From Octopus sinensis (lineage: Eukaryota), in contig NC_043013.1 of assembly GCF_006345805.1 (NCBI RefSeq), forward strand, positions 45,694,001-45,758,000: a stretch of DNA of 64,000 nucleotides, read 5' to 3'. Shown in pieces: positions 38,732 to 52,498 of this stretch (positions are counted from its first letter, which is position 1; each line of letters starts with the position of its first letter). The notes below the pieces were generated by a model. That model worked only from the letters and a program-made list of their open reading frames with translations, searched no databases and was not told where the DNA came from. Position numbers and translations under genes: made by a program.

Positions 38732-39695
38732 GATAGGCTTCTTTCAGTTTCTGTCTACCAAATCCACTCACAAGGCTTGGTCAGTCCGAGGCTATAGCAG
38801 AAGACACTTGCTGAAGGTGCCACGCAATGGGAATGAACCCTGAACCATGTGGTTGGTAAGCAAGCTACTTACCATATAGCCACTCCTGTGCCTATGATAT
38901 TTAGCATCTTAACCTGTTGCCTGCCGTGAGTCCCATTTGGGGATCTGCTAAAAATAGTCTCACTGCTGGTTGTTTGTTGTATTTAAAGTGAATTGCATTT
39001 ATACATTGTATTTGCAGAGGTGTGTTTAACAACATTCAGTAGTTGAAGTTTGTCATTATTAGCTCTGGCTGATTCTAGAGGACATTTTATGTCATAAATC
39101 GCAATTCTTGAACTACAAAAATATTGACTGTTTTGAAAACGTTTTCTTTTTAGCATTTCCCACCTATATCATTCATTAATATTTCATACACATTCACATT
39201 TGAAACTACAGTTTCAAAAAAACTAAAATGTTTATTAATGCAATTGAATAGAAAAGAATAATTATGCTTTTTTTTCAGTGATCCCCATTTGGGACTTTAT
39301 GAAAAATTTATCATAATTTCCAAAATAATTCACATATGAAGAAAATTTAAATACTATTATAGTATTTTAAGTCCTAAAACATCTGCAAAGCCAAAAAATA
39401 TGAATAAAATAATTTGGCAGTTAATTGGTTAATAAAACCTACAGTGTGTTAATAAGACATGTAAATATTGTTAGATCTATAGTATGTTGCACGGATATAC
39501 ATATACTATATTAGTAGGACCTATAAGATTTAGATTTCAAAGTTTGGTACAAGGCCAGCAATTTTGGGGGAGGGGTAAGATGATTACAACAACCCCAATA
39601 CTCAACTGGTACTTATTTTATTGACCCCGAAAATATTGAAAAGCAAAGTTAATCTTGGTGGAATTTGAACTCAGAATGTTAAAAGACGGATGAAA

Positions 39696-40825
39696 TACCT
39701 CTAAGCCTTTTTTGTCTGGTGTGTTAATGATTCTTATTTTTTTATTGCCCAGAAGGGGCTAAACATAGAGGGGACAAACAAGGACAGACAAAGGGAAGAA
39801 GTCGATTACATCGACCCCCAGTGCGTAAAAGACCCCCTTCGGTCATGAATGACCATGGGATTGCACCTAGAAGTTACCCTCCTAGACACAAGTCCGGGCA
39901 AGGTTGTTTATGGAAGACCAGCAGTCGCCCATGCATACGGCCTCCCCCTCTCCACGCCACCAGTGTTATCCAAGGAAAGACAAAGGGGCCGATACAGCTT
40001 GGCACCAGTGACGTCGCAACTCATTTCTACAGCTGAGTGAACTGGAAGCAACGTGAAATAAAGTGCTTTGCTCAAGAACACAACACGCAGCCCGGTCCGG
40101 GATTCGAGCTCACACCTCACGATCGTAAGCTCGACGCTCTAACCACTGAGCCATGCGCCTTCACAGTGCGTAACTGGTACTTAATTTATTGACCCTGAAA
40201 GGATGAAAGGCAAAGTCGACCTCGGCGGAATTTGAACTCAGAATGTTAAGACGGATGAAATACCTCTAAGCCTTTTTTGTCTGGTGTGTTAATGATTCTT
40301 ATTTTTTTATTGCCCAGAAGGGGCTAAACATAGAGGGGACAAACAAGGACAGACAAAGGGAAGAAGTCGATTACATCGACCCCCAGTGCGTAAAAGACCC
40401 CCTTCGGTCATGAATGACCATGGGATTGCACCTAGAAAGTTACCCTCCTAGACACAAGTCCGGGCAAGGTTGTTTATGGAAGACCAGCAGTCGCCCATGC
40501 ATACCGGCCTCCCCCTCTCCACGCCACCAGTGTTATCCAAGGGAAAGACAAAGGGGCCGATACAGCTTGGCACCAGTGACGTCGCAACTCATTTCTACAG
40601 CTGAGTGAACTGGAGCAACGTGAAATAAAGTGCTTTGCTCAAGAACACAACACGCAGCCCGGTCCGGGATTCGAGCTCACAACCTCACGATCGTAAGCTC
40701 GACGCTCTAACCACTGAGCCATGCGCCTTCACAGTGCGTAACTGGTACTTAATTTATTGACCCTGAAAGGATGAAAGGCAAAGTCGACCTCGGCGGAATT
40801 TGAACTCAGAATGTTAAGACGGGTG
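39696..40825. repeat. Tandem duplication (period 565) of a SINE D nested in a SINE A
   Basis: TACCTCTAAGCC at 39696 and 40261; nested TSD CAGTGCGTAA in both copies. Confidence 0.9.
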
Positions 40826-41941
40826 AAATATCGCTAAGCATTTTGCCCGGTGTGCTAACGATTCTGCCAGCTTGCCGCCTTAGTCTACTAACATATTACA
40901 AATACATAGCGTGTTTTCAGGCCTATAGATGTCCTCAAATCTATTATATGGTAAAGCGGGTTTTAAAATATAGCAGAGTCAAGAAATATTAAAACAAACA
41001 TGAGAAAAATAATTTTTTCAAGATTTTAATGATGAATACTTATAAAAAAGGATGAAACTGGAATTTAAATTATTTTAAGATAATTAAAAACGAAATGCAG
41101 TGTGCCTGATCTTTGACAGCACAGGGACAACTATGAACATGTTTTTGTATAATTAAACCTCCTCAGTAAATTATAGGCTAAATATAATTGCTAGGTCTTA
41201 GAAGGCCGGAGAAGAATATAGGATTTCAGGGAATAAAATGAGTGGTGTAATAAGTTAAAAGAAAGAAAAAAAAAAATGATTGGAGAAAAATCCTCAGGGA
41301 CACCCACTGCATGAAAAACTAGTAGTAAAGTATGCATTAGCATACTTAATGTAGAGGAACTCATTCCCTATTGCATTTCAATTTTAATTACAGGGGTAGT
41401 TAATTTCAAAAAATTAAGAATTATTTTCACTGAAAAATTTAATTTCCACTCTGTATAGTAGTGGTTGGCATTAGGAAAGGCATCCAGCTGTAGAAACCAT
41501 ATCAAGGCAGACGTTAGAGGAAGATGCAGTTGTTGGACCAGTTGGGTGTTGTCAAATCATCAAATTCATATCAGAATGGAAGATGGATATTTACAAAATA
41601 ATGATGATGATGATGATATATACACACACATATATAATTTTGTAAACAAACCCAAAGGGTTGATAGATTATGGATCAAAGCGACCACAAAAGTCATTTAT
41701 GCAATAATAAATTATAATATATTATAATAATATCATAATATATCATTATAGTTATTACTGAATATATATATATATATATATGCATACACACACACACACA
41801 CATATATATATATACGTACACACACGTATATACATACACACACGCAACACATATATACATAATTACTATATGTGTGGGTGCATGCACATATGTGCCTCTA
41901 TGTGTGTATTCATATTTACATATGATATGCACATGTGTGTG

Positions 41942-41992
<51 letters not shown>

Positions 41993-42259
41993 CTTTTTTG
42001 TCTTTTAGTCAGGAAGGGAAACAATGTCAATGATTCTTTACTGATCTTCCACATCTGATAGAAAAGGAAAAAGTTATCTTGCAACTGGAGGAATTGCCTA
42101 AATATTTGCAACAGAACGAGAGCCTAAAGTACCACGTAAAAGTGTTCCACTACCCAACGTATGCATTTACACAAACACACGCGCACACACACATCAAAGT
42201 ATACAGTATTATACATCCATTACAACCGATTTTCCCAATCAGCTTTCCACCGGATATCT

Positions 42260-43000
42260 GGTAATTGACCAATTATTAAATAACTGTGCTTTTCAGTGAC
42301 GACAGGTGTGAATATAATGGCGACTGCTCTCTGTTACGGAAGGTGAGGAGATGTGACATCTGGTCTGAGTGGTGTAAAACGCACTAAACGAAGTCACGGG
42401 AGATAATTAAGCAGTGAATCTGTCAAGAGTTATGTCCCTTGCCCCCTAATCTGAGTGTGTTGTGACGCGGCCCATATGGGGTGAGTTAATATGTATGCGG
42501 CCTTGTTATGTGAGTAGGGATTTCTTGAGGTAGGGTTGGGTGGGTACTCAAACCTTTTAACCCATGAATAGGTGCCTAAGCACATATGTATGTATGGTTA
42601 GAATTTTGCTGGGCGCCCAGAATGTGATGGTGGGAGTATCTTGGAGGTCCCATCGTTTAGAATGATGGGGGAGCCTGTAGATAAGCCACCACCACCAGCA
42701 ACTGTTGTGGTTCACACGCAGACAACTCTTTTCCCTAAGCGTAAAATCTTCCTTAGCTTAATAAATACACCTTAAGTGTTCCTGTTAGCTGTGCACCCAG
42801 TATAAACAAAATATTAGGCCCTCGCCTGAGGCAGAGGCGAGATGCTCATGTAGTGGTATACCATATGTCCCCTTAATGGACTCTCAAACACAGAGACAAT
42901 CGTATATAAAGCAGAAGTGATGTCAAAGCACCCTAGTAGGGAGTCAAGTGTGTGGAAATATGTGGGTTCAACAGAAGGTTCTTTCAGAACCATGTCTAAC
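42260..43000 (-). mobile_element. Highly decayed Penelope-like fragment (GIY-YIG region)
   Basis: Frameshifted ...TQIRGQGT..LTDSLLNY... resembles the IRGSFTC..NLIY segment of PLE endonucleases. Confidence 0.35.
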
Positions 43001-43344
43001 AACTACAAGTCTTCCTTTAATATCCAGAAGAGACGCAATGTCTCAACCCAACGTAGCATACATAGTAGTTGAAGAAATCAAGTGAAGAATCTTGGTTTTT
43101 GACCGTAGTAGATTGTGAAGAGTATACCTACCAAAGAAAAGAATTATGTTAAAAAACTCTCTCCAATCAGACACGTGTCGAAACTGCAAGGGTAAAATTT
43201 TTAATTCATGCCCATGTTGGAGAAAGTATGTGATAGCATACCTACGGGCTCCACCCTGATTATAAACACCAGAACCCACACTATTGGTCCTTCTATCATT
43301 ACATTCTGAGAATCCTGCAAAGTTCTAACCAAATCCTACACATA

Positions 43345-43517
43345 TAGGTGCAGGAGTGGCTGTGTGGTAAGTAGCTTGCTTACCAACCATATGGTTCCGG
43401 GTTCAGTCCCACTGCGTGGCACCTTGGGCAAGTGTCTTCTGCTATAGCTCCGGGCCGACCAATGCCTTGTGAGTGGATTTGGTAGACGGAAACTGAAAGA
43501 AGCCTGTCGTATATATG

Positions 43518-43587
<70 letters not shown>

Positions 43588-43805
43588 TTGTGTGTCTGTG
43601 TTTGTCCCCCTAGCATTGCTTGACAACCGATGCTGGTGTGTTTACGTCCCCGTCACTTAGCGGTTCGGCAAAAGAGACCGATAGAATAAGTACTGGGCTT
43701 ACAAAGAATAAGTCCCAGGGTCGATTTGCTCGACTAAAGGCGGTGCTCCAGCATGGCCGCAGTCAAATGACTGAAACAAGTAAAAGAGTAAAAGAGTAAA
43801 GAGTA
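43345..43805 (+). mobile_element. SINE family B (CORE-like: GGAGTGGCTGTGTGGTAAG...ACCTTGGGCAAGTGTC) with internal (TA)n(TG)n
   Basis: Related copies at about 5281-5600(+), 12301-12740(+), 15610-16030(-), 25570-25960(+), 26030-26300(-), 31820-32220(-), 38450-38895(-); tRNA A/B-box-like head and CORE-like ACCTTGGGCAAG. Confidence 0.85.
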
Positions 43806-44559
43806 TATACAAATACAAATGCATATGCACTCATGCATGGATTTAAAGATTTTGCTACTCACCCAATTCCCATCAAAATGCACACATACCAACTTTTCCA
43901 GTCGTCCCTACAGGCATTTCAATCCAGTATGTTTACTGCGTCACAATTCACTCATGTTTTTTTTTGGAGAATGGCGGTGGTGGGGTGGGGATGGGGGAAA
44001 GGGATACAACGTTTGGTAAATTCCCTGCAAAAATGTCTTTTACAACAACATCGTTTCAACTTTTCCACAAATCGGATGTGATACTTTTTCACCTTCAGTA
44101 GCAGGGAACAAATCGCAATCTTTTTCATATCTGCAATCTCTGACAAGTGCAGTTATTAGAAAATTATCCGGTTATCTATGTCTGGTGCAGAACCAATTGA
44201 TAAAATAATAATACTGTATAATTCGGGTAATACATCCTTTCTATTGACAAATGTATGAATGTCTATTTTTTTTTCTGACTAATGGATTCTAGAAAAGGGA
44301 ACTGTATTTGATTCAGTCCCTCAGCAAAGTCAGATGACCAAGTGGAAAGAAAAGGTTGTTGAAAGAAGGTTGGTTGGCATGAGATATGGATTCCTTCTTT
44401 AAGTTACCTATGATGTACTCAGGACTGGATTTAAACCATGGCAGTGGGTGGTCACTGCAAGTTCGGTGAGCGCTTTACACACAAAAATTAAAATCTCAGA
44501 AAATTACCAAATTTAAATCTCAAAACCCATCTATTTCATGTGACCTCCTGCTACCACCC

Positions 44560-45170
44560 ATAATTCTCGTCATTCACAAATTTCTTCTATTTTAAGTAAC
44601 CATGTTGACCTCGACGAACAAGCATGATAAAGCGTTTCCTGCCATCCTCCTGCGATTTCTTGTTACCATTAACTGCTTCCATCTGCTTTTTAACGGAACA
44701 ATAGAGAATTTGGAGAACCTTATTGTGCTTCCATGCATAACTTTTCAAAGCCATTGAGCAGTTAGATGGAATATATTTTAGTATGCCAACTTTCCCGCAT
44801 CTACATTTGTCGCCGTTCACTATTCTCCATCTCATCTGAAGGCAGTACATCTGGGGCCGGGTTTATAAGGTGGAGCGAAGTGGGCAATTGCCCTGGGCAT
44901 TTGATAGATATCGGGGGCTCCTTGTTACGAAAGGTATGTAGCACTCAATACAGGAGGGTTCCCCCTCTACCAACAATCAGGCATGAAAAGGCTCCCTTTC
45001 AATATACAAAGGTATCTTGACTTCTTTAAAAATGTAATGGATTCTCTTTTATGATAAATAACCATAAATTTTTCCTCCTTAGAGACACCTATTAATTCAA
45101 TCAAAAAATTACTGAGTCCCAAAGCAGTTACAATTCCCAAGAGAACTGTAACTGCTTTTGGGATGACAGA
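44560..45170 (-). mobile_element. Second Hero-like fragment (zinc-knuckle region)
   Basis: CRCGKVGILKYIPSNCSMALKSYAWKHNKVL, a degenerate CCHC followed by the WRHNKVL-like motif. Confidence 0.65.
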
Positions 45171-48100
45171 GAAAAGAGAACTAAGTTAAGGGTACCTGTG
45201 TCTGTGGAAAATGAGCAAGTTGTTCTGCTGATCGGATCAACTGGAACCCTCGTGGTCATAACCGACGGAGAGCCAGTAAGTTATATAAGTAGTTAAACGT
45301 AGTTTTTGTGTGAAACGATTTGTAATTTTCTCACCATTTCCTTGTTTACGGAAGATCAAATAATATTTGAATAGAATATTTCTAATGACCAACACATCAA
45401 CTAAACAGAGTAAAGTTCCCACTTTTTTTTTTATCACACACAAAATGATGACGGTTTTTATTATCTCTGTCATTGTTATGATTTTGGTACTTAAATTTTT
45501 TCGTTCTTCACAAAAATCCAATTGCATTAAAGAAATATTACAATTTCTTTGAGAAATTTGTATATTTTGTTGCCAATATAATGGTACGTTGTAACATTTA
45601 GTGCCTTTTTAAAGTAATCGGAATCTAAAGTTATTTACTTAGTATTAAAATTCTATAGAAATTCTCCGAAGACTAGAATGCTCCAAAAAATCACCGAAAT
45701 CATTCAGTGCAGATAAGTTGAAGAACAATCAAACCGTGACCCAATTTTAGACATTATTCACTCAGTCTGAAGATGTGGAAGAGAACAGAATTGATAATTC
45801 TTTAAGATGATTGAAACTATAAAGGTTGAAAATTCTGTTGGTAAATATAAAGGACTGTACAATGATAAATGGTTCAATGGAGTGACTGGGAACCTGTTCA
45901 ATAAATGGAAAGCTATTATAAGTAGACAGTTCAAAGTTCTAACCAAGAGCTAATTCTAATAAATCAATAGAAATATAAAAGGAAGGATTCTAACGAATCT
46001 GAAGAAAAAGTAGTTAAACAAAAATTGATTGTAGAATGTATGTGATCTTGATGGAAATCAATTGAAATGTTCCAAAGACGATCCCCCCCACCCCAAAGCG
46101 AGTATGAAGATAATTGATGGGGGATAGTGTAGAAAATTTCATTTTGTTCACGTAGGAAGTACACTTGACATGAAAAACTAACATAGAAACTTCATAAGGC
46201 CAAGAAAATTATGTTTAGTTACTCGTGTATGGAATATTGTTCTTACTTTTGTTACCAACCCGGCTGAAACCGGCTCTGGCTCTGAGTACAAATGTCTTGT
46301 TTTCGTAAGTTTTGAATTAAAATCTTCCATCAAACCTTAGTCACAATTTATGTTCCTAACAATAGCTGAATGATAATTAAGTTATTTTACTAAATTCTTT
46401 GTTATATTTAAAGTAATTGAAAGAAACACACGGCATCTCAGAATAAATACAGTAACAAAAGGGTTAAACCCATCTCATTTGTTTAGCAATAGCAGACACA
46501 CTCAAGACATCCTGAATGAAACAAATGTATTTTAGTAAAGTTCACTTTCTAGAAGATGATGATAGTTAATTAATGATATGTGATATCGTTACAATATATA
46601 CAAAAGAACAATATTTTGACAAATCAGAGAAGATTAAGAGGGGTTGATATTGCAACAGAAAACTACAGGAAAAATGAGGTCAGTTTGCTATTGCAAAAAA
46701 GCACCAGCCTCACAAATCCGGCATGAGGATAAAAGAATCCTACACCAACATCTCAGGAACATCTTTCTCATTCAGCAAGATGTCAAGGAGTAAATAACTG
46801 GCAAAGACGAAAATATTGATATAACAATAAATATTTTTAACAAGAAACATTTATATAACAAAGTAATAACAAAACGCTACTGAAAGTTTAATATAATGTA
46901 CTAGTACTATGACCCGGCGTTGCTGGGTCATAGTGCTAGCGCATGCATATACAGCTGCGTACGTGCGCACATACACGCGAGTACTGTCCAAATCTCCGAC
47001 CAATCACATACAGCAAGCTGGCATTCAATTGGCGTATGAAGTTTCGGGCATTTTGATTGGGTTTTGGATAGAAAATTTACAAAAAAGTCACTTCTATTGT
47101 TCTTTTAATGGCTTTGCGGGGTGACTGGGGAAATGTAAAGATGTGCACGACCACCCTTGGGCGGTTTGGAATGACCATAGAAAGTGCGAGCCCTCTAACT
47201 GAAAAATTGTGGATTTGTATACAGGACATGCACGCACACACACACACACACGCAGACATTTTGCCGTTTATATATAAAGAGATACTAAAATAATTTCTTC
47301 AACTGATTATGAAACCCCGGATGGTTATGGTTAGAAGGCATCTGGTCAAGGACCCGTTCGATTAGGCCCGACTAGAAGCTGAAGAGCAGTAATTATTTTA
47401 AAGTGTTTTCTCTTTTTTATTTGTTCACAAGCATATTAGTGAGCCAAGCCGCCCCCACGAATGAGAGAAGACACGCAATTTTCTAGATCTTTCTCAAATG
47501 AGAAATTATAATTCCTAATCTGAAAGACCAAACTAGTTTCGAAAATTGCGTTTCCACTTTGAAATTAACGGAAATAGATTTCTAAACTGTTCCTGCTGTT
47601 TCATACCTGATGATACAAATATAACTAATTAGGGATCAACAGGGATAATGAAGGGCTTCAGGGTTTTAGTGAAAATTATTTTAGGAACATTTTAGTCAGA
47701 ATTATTTTATGAAACATAAATGAGCCGAAATGAAAACTAAGTTGAAGAACCATCAGGTATTGTGCTTAAGAAATAAGACTAAGCTGGTAGGGATTTGTGA
47801 TGCGTCTGTATGAATGTTGAGAACTGGATAAAGAAGTGTTAAGTGAGCCAAGTAGAAGGAATCTACGACCGAAGAAGAACGAGGGAGACATTGGGACAAA
47901 TGGTGACGGTTAATAACAGCTGGTTGAACCTCATGAAGGTGACGAGGGACATTTGATATATGATTAAAAGCATTCCAGACGTGATTATCTCGACATTTTG
48001 TACATCAAATACTACTTTGTCAATGTTTTCGTTGTTTTAAGACGATAGAGTGCAATTCAAGGATATTTGGCTGTTATTTGGCTGTTATTACTAGCAAATC

Positions 48101-50018
48101 GAGCTATCTCATGATGGCCGAACTCTCTCATGATGACTCTCTTGTTGACTGTTTTAACATTCAGTGAGGTCGTCTGAAGAAATTTTTATTCACGAATTTC
48201 ACCAAACAGTCATATAACTGTAATAAAAACAATACATTTTGGATTCTAGTGAGAGTTTTGTATCTGCGAAAAATAAATAAGCTTGGAATAATAGATTTTA
48301 TGTTGCCTAATATAACTGATCAAAGGAAAATAATCATTAATGGTGCTAACTCAAGAAAATGTCCTTTGATAATATTCAATACTTGTCCAAGCAGGAAATA
48401 TTTCGTTACAACAGAATTTCCTTTGTGTTTTAACCAACATACTTAAATCTCTTATTATAAAAGGCAGATTTTATCTGCCTCCCTTTGGGAGTTATACAAA
48501 TCTACAATATATGATTTCTTCAATTACAATTTACCTAGCATTTTTAAGAGTACAATGCATCGCGTCATGCCAGGTCCAGTTTTTAAAATTTAAACTCCAA
48601 TTAAGCAAAATTTACAGAAAACTCACATTCTGGTGTGTGTGTCAAATGCTTTTCTTAGTCTGGTTTACACCACACGCAAACGCACACACACAGTGGGCAA
48701 CGAATAAAATGAAAGTAATTCACTTACTGTAGTGAGTGATTCTTTCACTCTGCCTCCCACTTCCTATTTCCACACATAGACACGCAAATATATAAATAAA
48801 ATTGTAAGCTAACGTGCGTGTGTGTGAGTGTGGTGTGTGTGTGTGTGTGCGCGTGTGTGTGTGTGTGAGAGGGTGCGTGTGTGTGTGTGTGTGTGTGCGT
48901 GTGCGTGAGTGTGTGACAGGAAAGTTTTTTACGACGAATATAACACCTATATCCAAGTAGCAGAAAGATAAGACAGTAAGGTGTGATTTGAGGGAGATTT
49001 GGCTGCTATTTCTACCATGTCTAGCTGCCATGTAGGGGTCTCCCTCATAGGCTCATACATACATATATACATAGATAAGACAGTAAGGTGTGATTGGGGG
49101 AAATTTGGCTGCTATTTCTACCAGGTTTAGCTACCATGTAGAGGTCCCCCTCATTGGCTCATATATATATACATACATAAGACAGTAAGGTGTGATTTGA
49201 GGGAGATTTGGCTGCTGTTTCTACCAGGTCTGTTAGGCCTTCTCATGTAAACTCAAGCTTTCTCATGCCTTGAACATAAGACCAAAGCAGAGAATGTATT
49301 CTTTTATTCTTCTGCTTTTTCCAGCCATTGGTCTGTGGCCATGCTGGGGCAATGCCTTGAAGAATTGTAGTTTAATGAATCAACTCCAGTTTTATTTTTG
49401 TAAGCATTGTACTTATTCTATCTGTTTCCTTTGTCAAACCACTAGGTGACAGGGATGTAAACAAACCAACATTCGTTGTCAAGCAGTGGTGGAGGACAAT
49501 CACAAGCACAGACACGCACACACACACACATACATGCATACACATATACACACATACATACATACATGCATATATATATATATGTGTATATATATATATT
49601 GCAGCGTGGGAGGTGTTTGCAAGCCATTTAAGAAACACACAAAAACCGTTACATTCACTTCAACATTTAAATTTAATTTGCCAAAATATTTTCGTCGCTT
49701 TGAGACCGCAACCTGTTCACTGACAAAAATATCGTGCTAACAGGTCGCGGTCTCAAAGCGACGAAAATATTTTGACAAATTAAATTTAAATGTTGAAGTG
49801 AATCTAACGGTTTTTGTGTGTTCTTAAATGGCTTATAAACACCTTCAACGCTGCAACTGTTTTCGTTCCAGCACACGATCTCAGATCAAGTCACTTGCTA
49901 TGCAAGTACATCTCTGTAACTATATATATATTTATATATATATATATATGTATATTGGTAAAAACAGTAAGATAACAAAAGAAAGAAAGAGACCTCAATA
50001 TTATGTAAATAGAGGAAA

Positions 50019-50413
50019 TCTTTATATATAAAAGTGAGGTTGTGTGTCTGTCTCCTACGATTTAAATTCCTAACTACTCCCACATTTTGCGGTGCAGTTT
50101 AACCAAAACCGGGTATCTTATAGTCGTGATTCATATCGAGACCGTCTGGGTATTAGCGCGCGTCTACGATGAGTCTACGATTTAAAAAAAAAATTACCAT
50201 CAATTTTTCCCATTTTTAATCCATTTTTGACATATATAAGGGAAGTAACTCTCTAAAATTTATTATTAAATCTCAGAACGTAAAAAGCTACAGTAACACC
50301 CCTCCCCCTTTGTGGTTAGCCATATTGAGATGGCTATTATACTTTACATCTCTAAAAATGCTTATATAATTATTTCCCTTACAAACCCGAGCAACGCCGG
50401 GCGATACTGCTAG
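50019..50413 (+). mobile_element. Non-autonomous Helitron
   Basis: A|TC 5' end, subterminal hairpin CCCGAGCAACGCCGGG, CTAG|T 3' end; related copies at 35298-35681(+) and 46901-47282(-). Confidence 0.75.
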
Positions 50414-52435
50414 TCACAATATAAAACTTTGGTTGCGGCCTAAAATCAACCAATAAAATGACTGAAATATCGTCGGATAAAGCAGCATTTTATTTCGTTT
50501 GCTCTTCATTATTGTGATTGATTTTATACTTAAGATGTCTTTACATGTTGAAGTGTCTGGACATTGGATAGCTTGGTTGGTAATTGCCTGCTTTCAACAT
50601 CACTGACGATATCAGAAATCTGTAACACGAAAGGTGTAACTGAGAAAGGTTATCTATGGAGAGGCAGCAGTAACACCTGAATTAGAAAAATCATTTGGTG
50701 TAAGATTACCAATTAAAATTGCGGGGGATGAAATAGATGACGTTATCTGCATAATTCACTACGTCATTTATCTCAGAATTTCTATTCGAGCAGAAAAAAT
50801 TCCTGATCCTGATCTGGATAGTAGACACGCTGACTTCTCACCTTTGGTGGTCGTGTGATGTTATCGTTTTGAAATATCAACAACCAGTCATCGTAAAGTT
50901 AAAAGTGTGTTTCTAAAGTATTTAGGACATAATAACAAACTCCCAGCATTGCTGTGACACCGTCTGAAGTGTTTTGGATGAATAGACTCCTGCACGTATC
51001 TGTTGACACGAACAGAGCTAATTAGAGATTAACAGGGATAATGAATGGATTGAGGGGGTTTACTGAGGATTATTTTGAGGCTTATTGAATGATGGAATAT
51101 AAATGGGCCGAAATAAAATGGCTTAAGAACCATCAGGTGTTGTGCACAAGAAAAAGGACTAAACTCGTACGGACATGTGATACGCATGTATGAAGGTTGA
51201 GAGTTGAATAAAGAAGTGATAAGCAAGCCAAGTGGAAGAAATCTACGATCGAGGGAGAGTAGAGATGACATCAGGACAAATGTCGAAGGACGTATTTCTT
51301 ACTGTTTCTTACTCTATCGGTTACTTTGGCCGAACCGCTAAATTATAGTTTGATTAATCAATTTATTTATTTCTGTTTTCTTTTTCAATAAAAAAATATT
51401 TTACTAAATGTAATTAAATTCAAAGATTGCAAATTTGAATTTCCCTAACAATCCAAATAGACGATGTTTTACTGTATATTCTGTTTTCTTTTGTGAATCA
51501 ATTTGCACTTAGGTAAACTTACACACTTAAATACGAATTTATTTTGACATTAAGCAGTCACCACTGCTATTATCTTGCCATATAATTTAATTCTTCTGCA
51601 TCTTCTAGCGAGCTACTCTCAAGAATATAAGCTCTCTGTAGGCTACTAAATTAAGTGAAGCAATACATGTCCGCTTTCAGAAGGCGGGGAGCTGGCAGAG
51701 GCGTTAGCACGCCGGGCAAAAGTGCCTAGAGGAATTTCATTCGTCGTTATGTTCTGAGTTCAATTTCTGCCGAGGTTGACTTTGCCTTTTATCCTTTCGA
51801 GGTCGATAAAATAAGTACCAGTTGAGTACTTGGATCGATATAATCGACTTACCCCGTCCCCCGAAGTTACAGGCTTTGAGCCAAAATTTGAAATCAATAT
51901 AGGTTTACTTTCAGATCGATTTTGTATATCTTATAAAATAAAATCTAACAGCTACTTTTAAAGCTTTGAGAGAAGAATGTCATGAGAGACAACTGTTAGT
52001 AAATTTGTCGATAAACCGATCAATTAATGGATCGATTAAGCATGCCAATCACTATATATAACGGATTCAGCTCACCGGATTATTTGAAACGTGCTTAAAT
52101 GAATAAAATACCGCATGAATAACGCTGGACACCAGTGCCTCGTTGTAGTAGGCTTCCTTCTTTATTTCTTTACTAATATTCTCTGTGATTAATACAACTA
52201 AACTATTAATTGCTGATTTACAGTATGCACCTCTCACACGGATTTTACAATCTATATGGGGCACTGTAATCTTGACTGGGAATCTCCTTTGGCGCATTTT
52301 GTTTACATGGACTACTTGAAGTATTTGCCTGTATTTATTTCAATCCCCATTTTCTTTTATACATACATACATGCCGGAGCTGAAGCCTGCTCCGGCATCT
52401 CATCAGTTATTAAGACAAAACTGCTGTTTTTGTCT

Positions 52436-52498
52436 TAATAACTGATGAGATGCCGGAGCAGGCTTCAGCTCCGACATTCGAAACTCTGAGTTTTATTA
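52436..52498 (+). ncRNA. Minimal type I hammerhead ribozyme
   Basis: TAATAA-CTGATGA-stem II (GATGCCGGAGC/GCTCCGACATTC)-GAAA-stem III ACTC.GAGT-GTT-TTATTA; all core nucleotides and three stems are present. Confidence 0.75.

Noticed and set aside
47640-51290. Two similar segments (47640-47900 and 51030-51290) as duplicated gene exons
   Set aside because: Both are frameshifted and resemble the 3' coding end of a CR1/L2-group LINE on the minus strand
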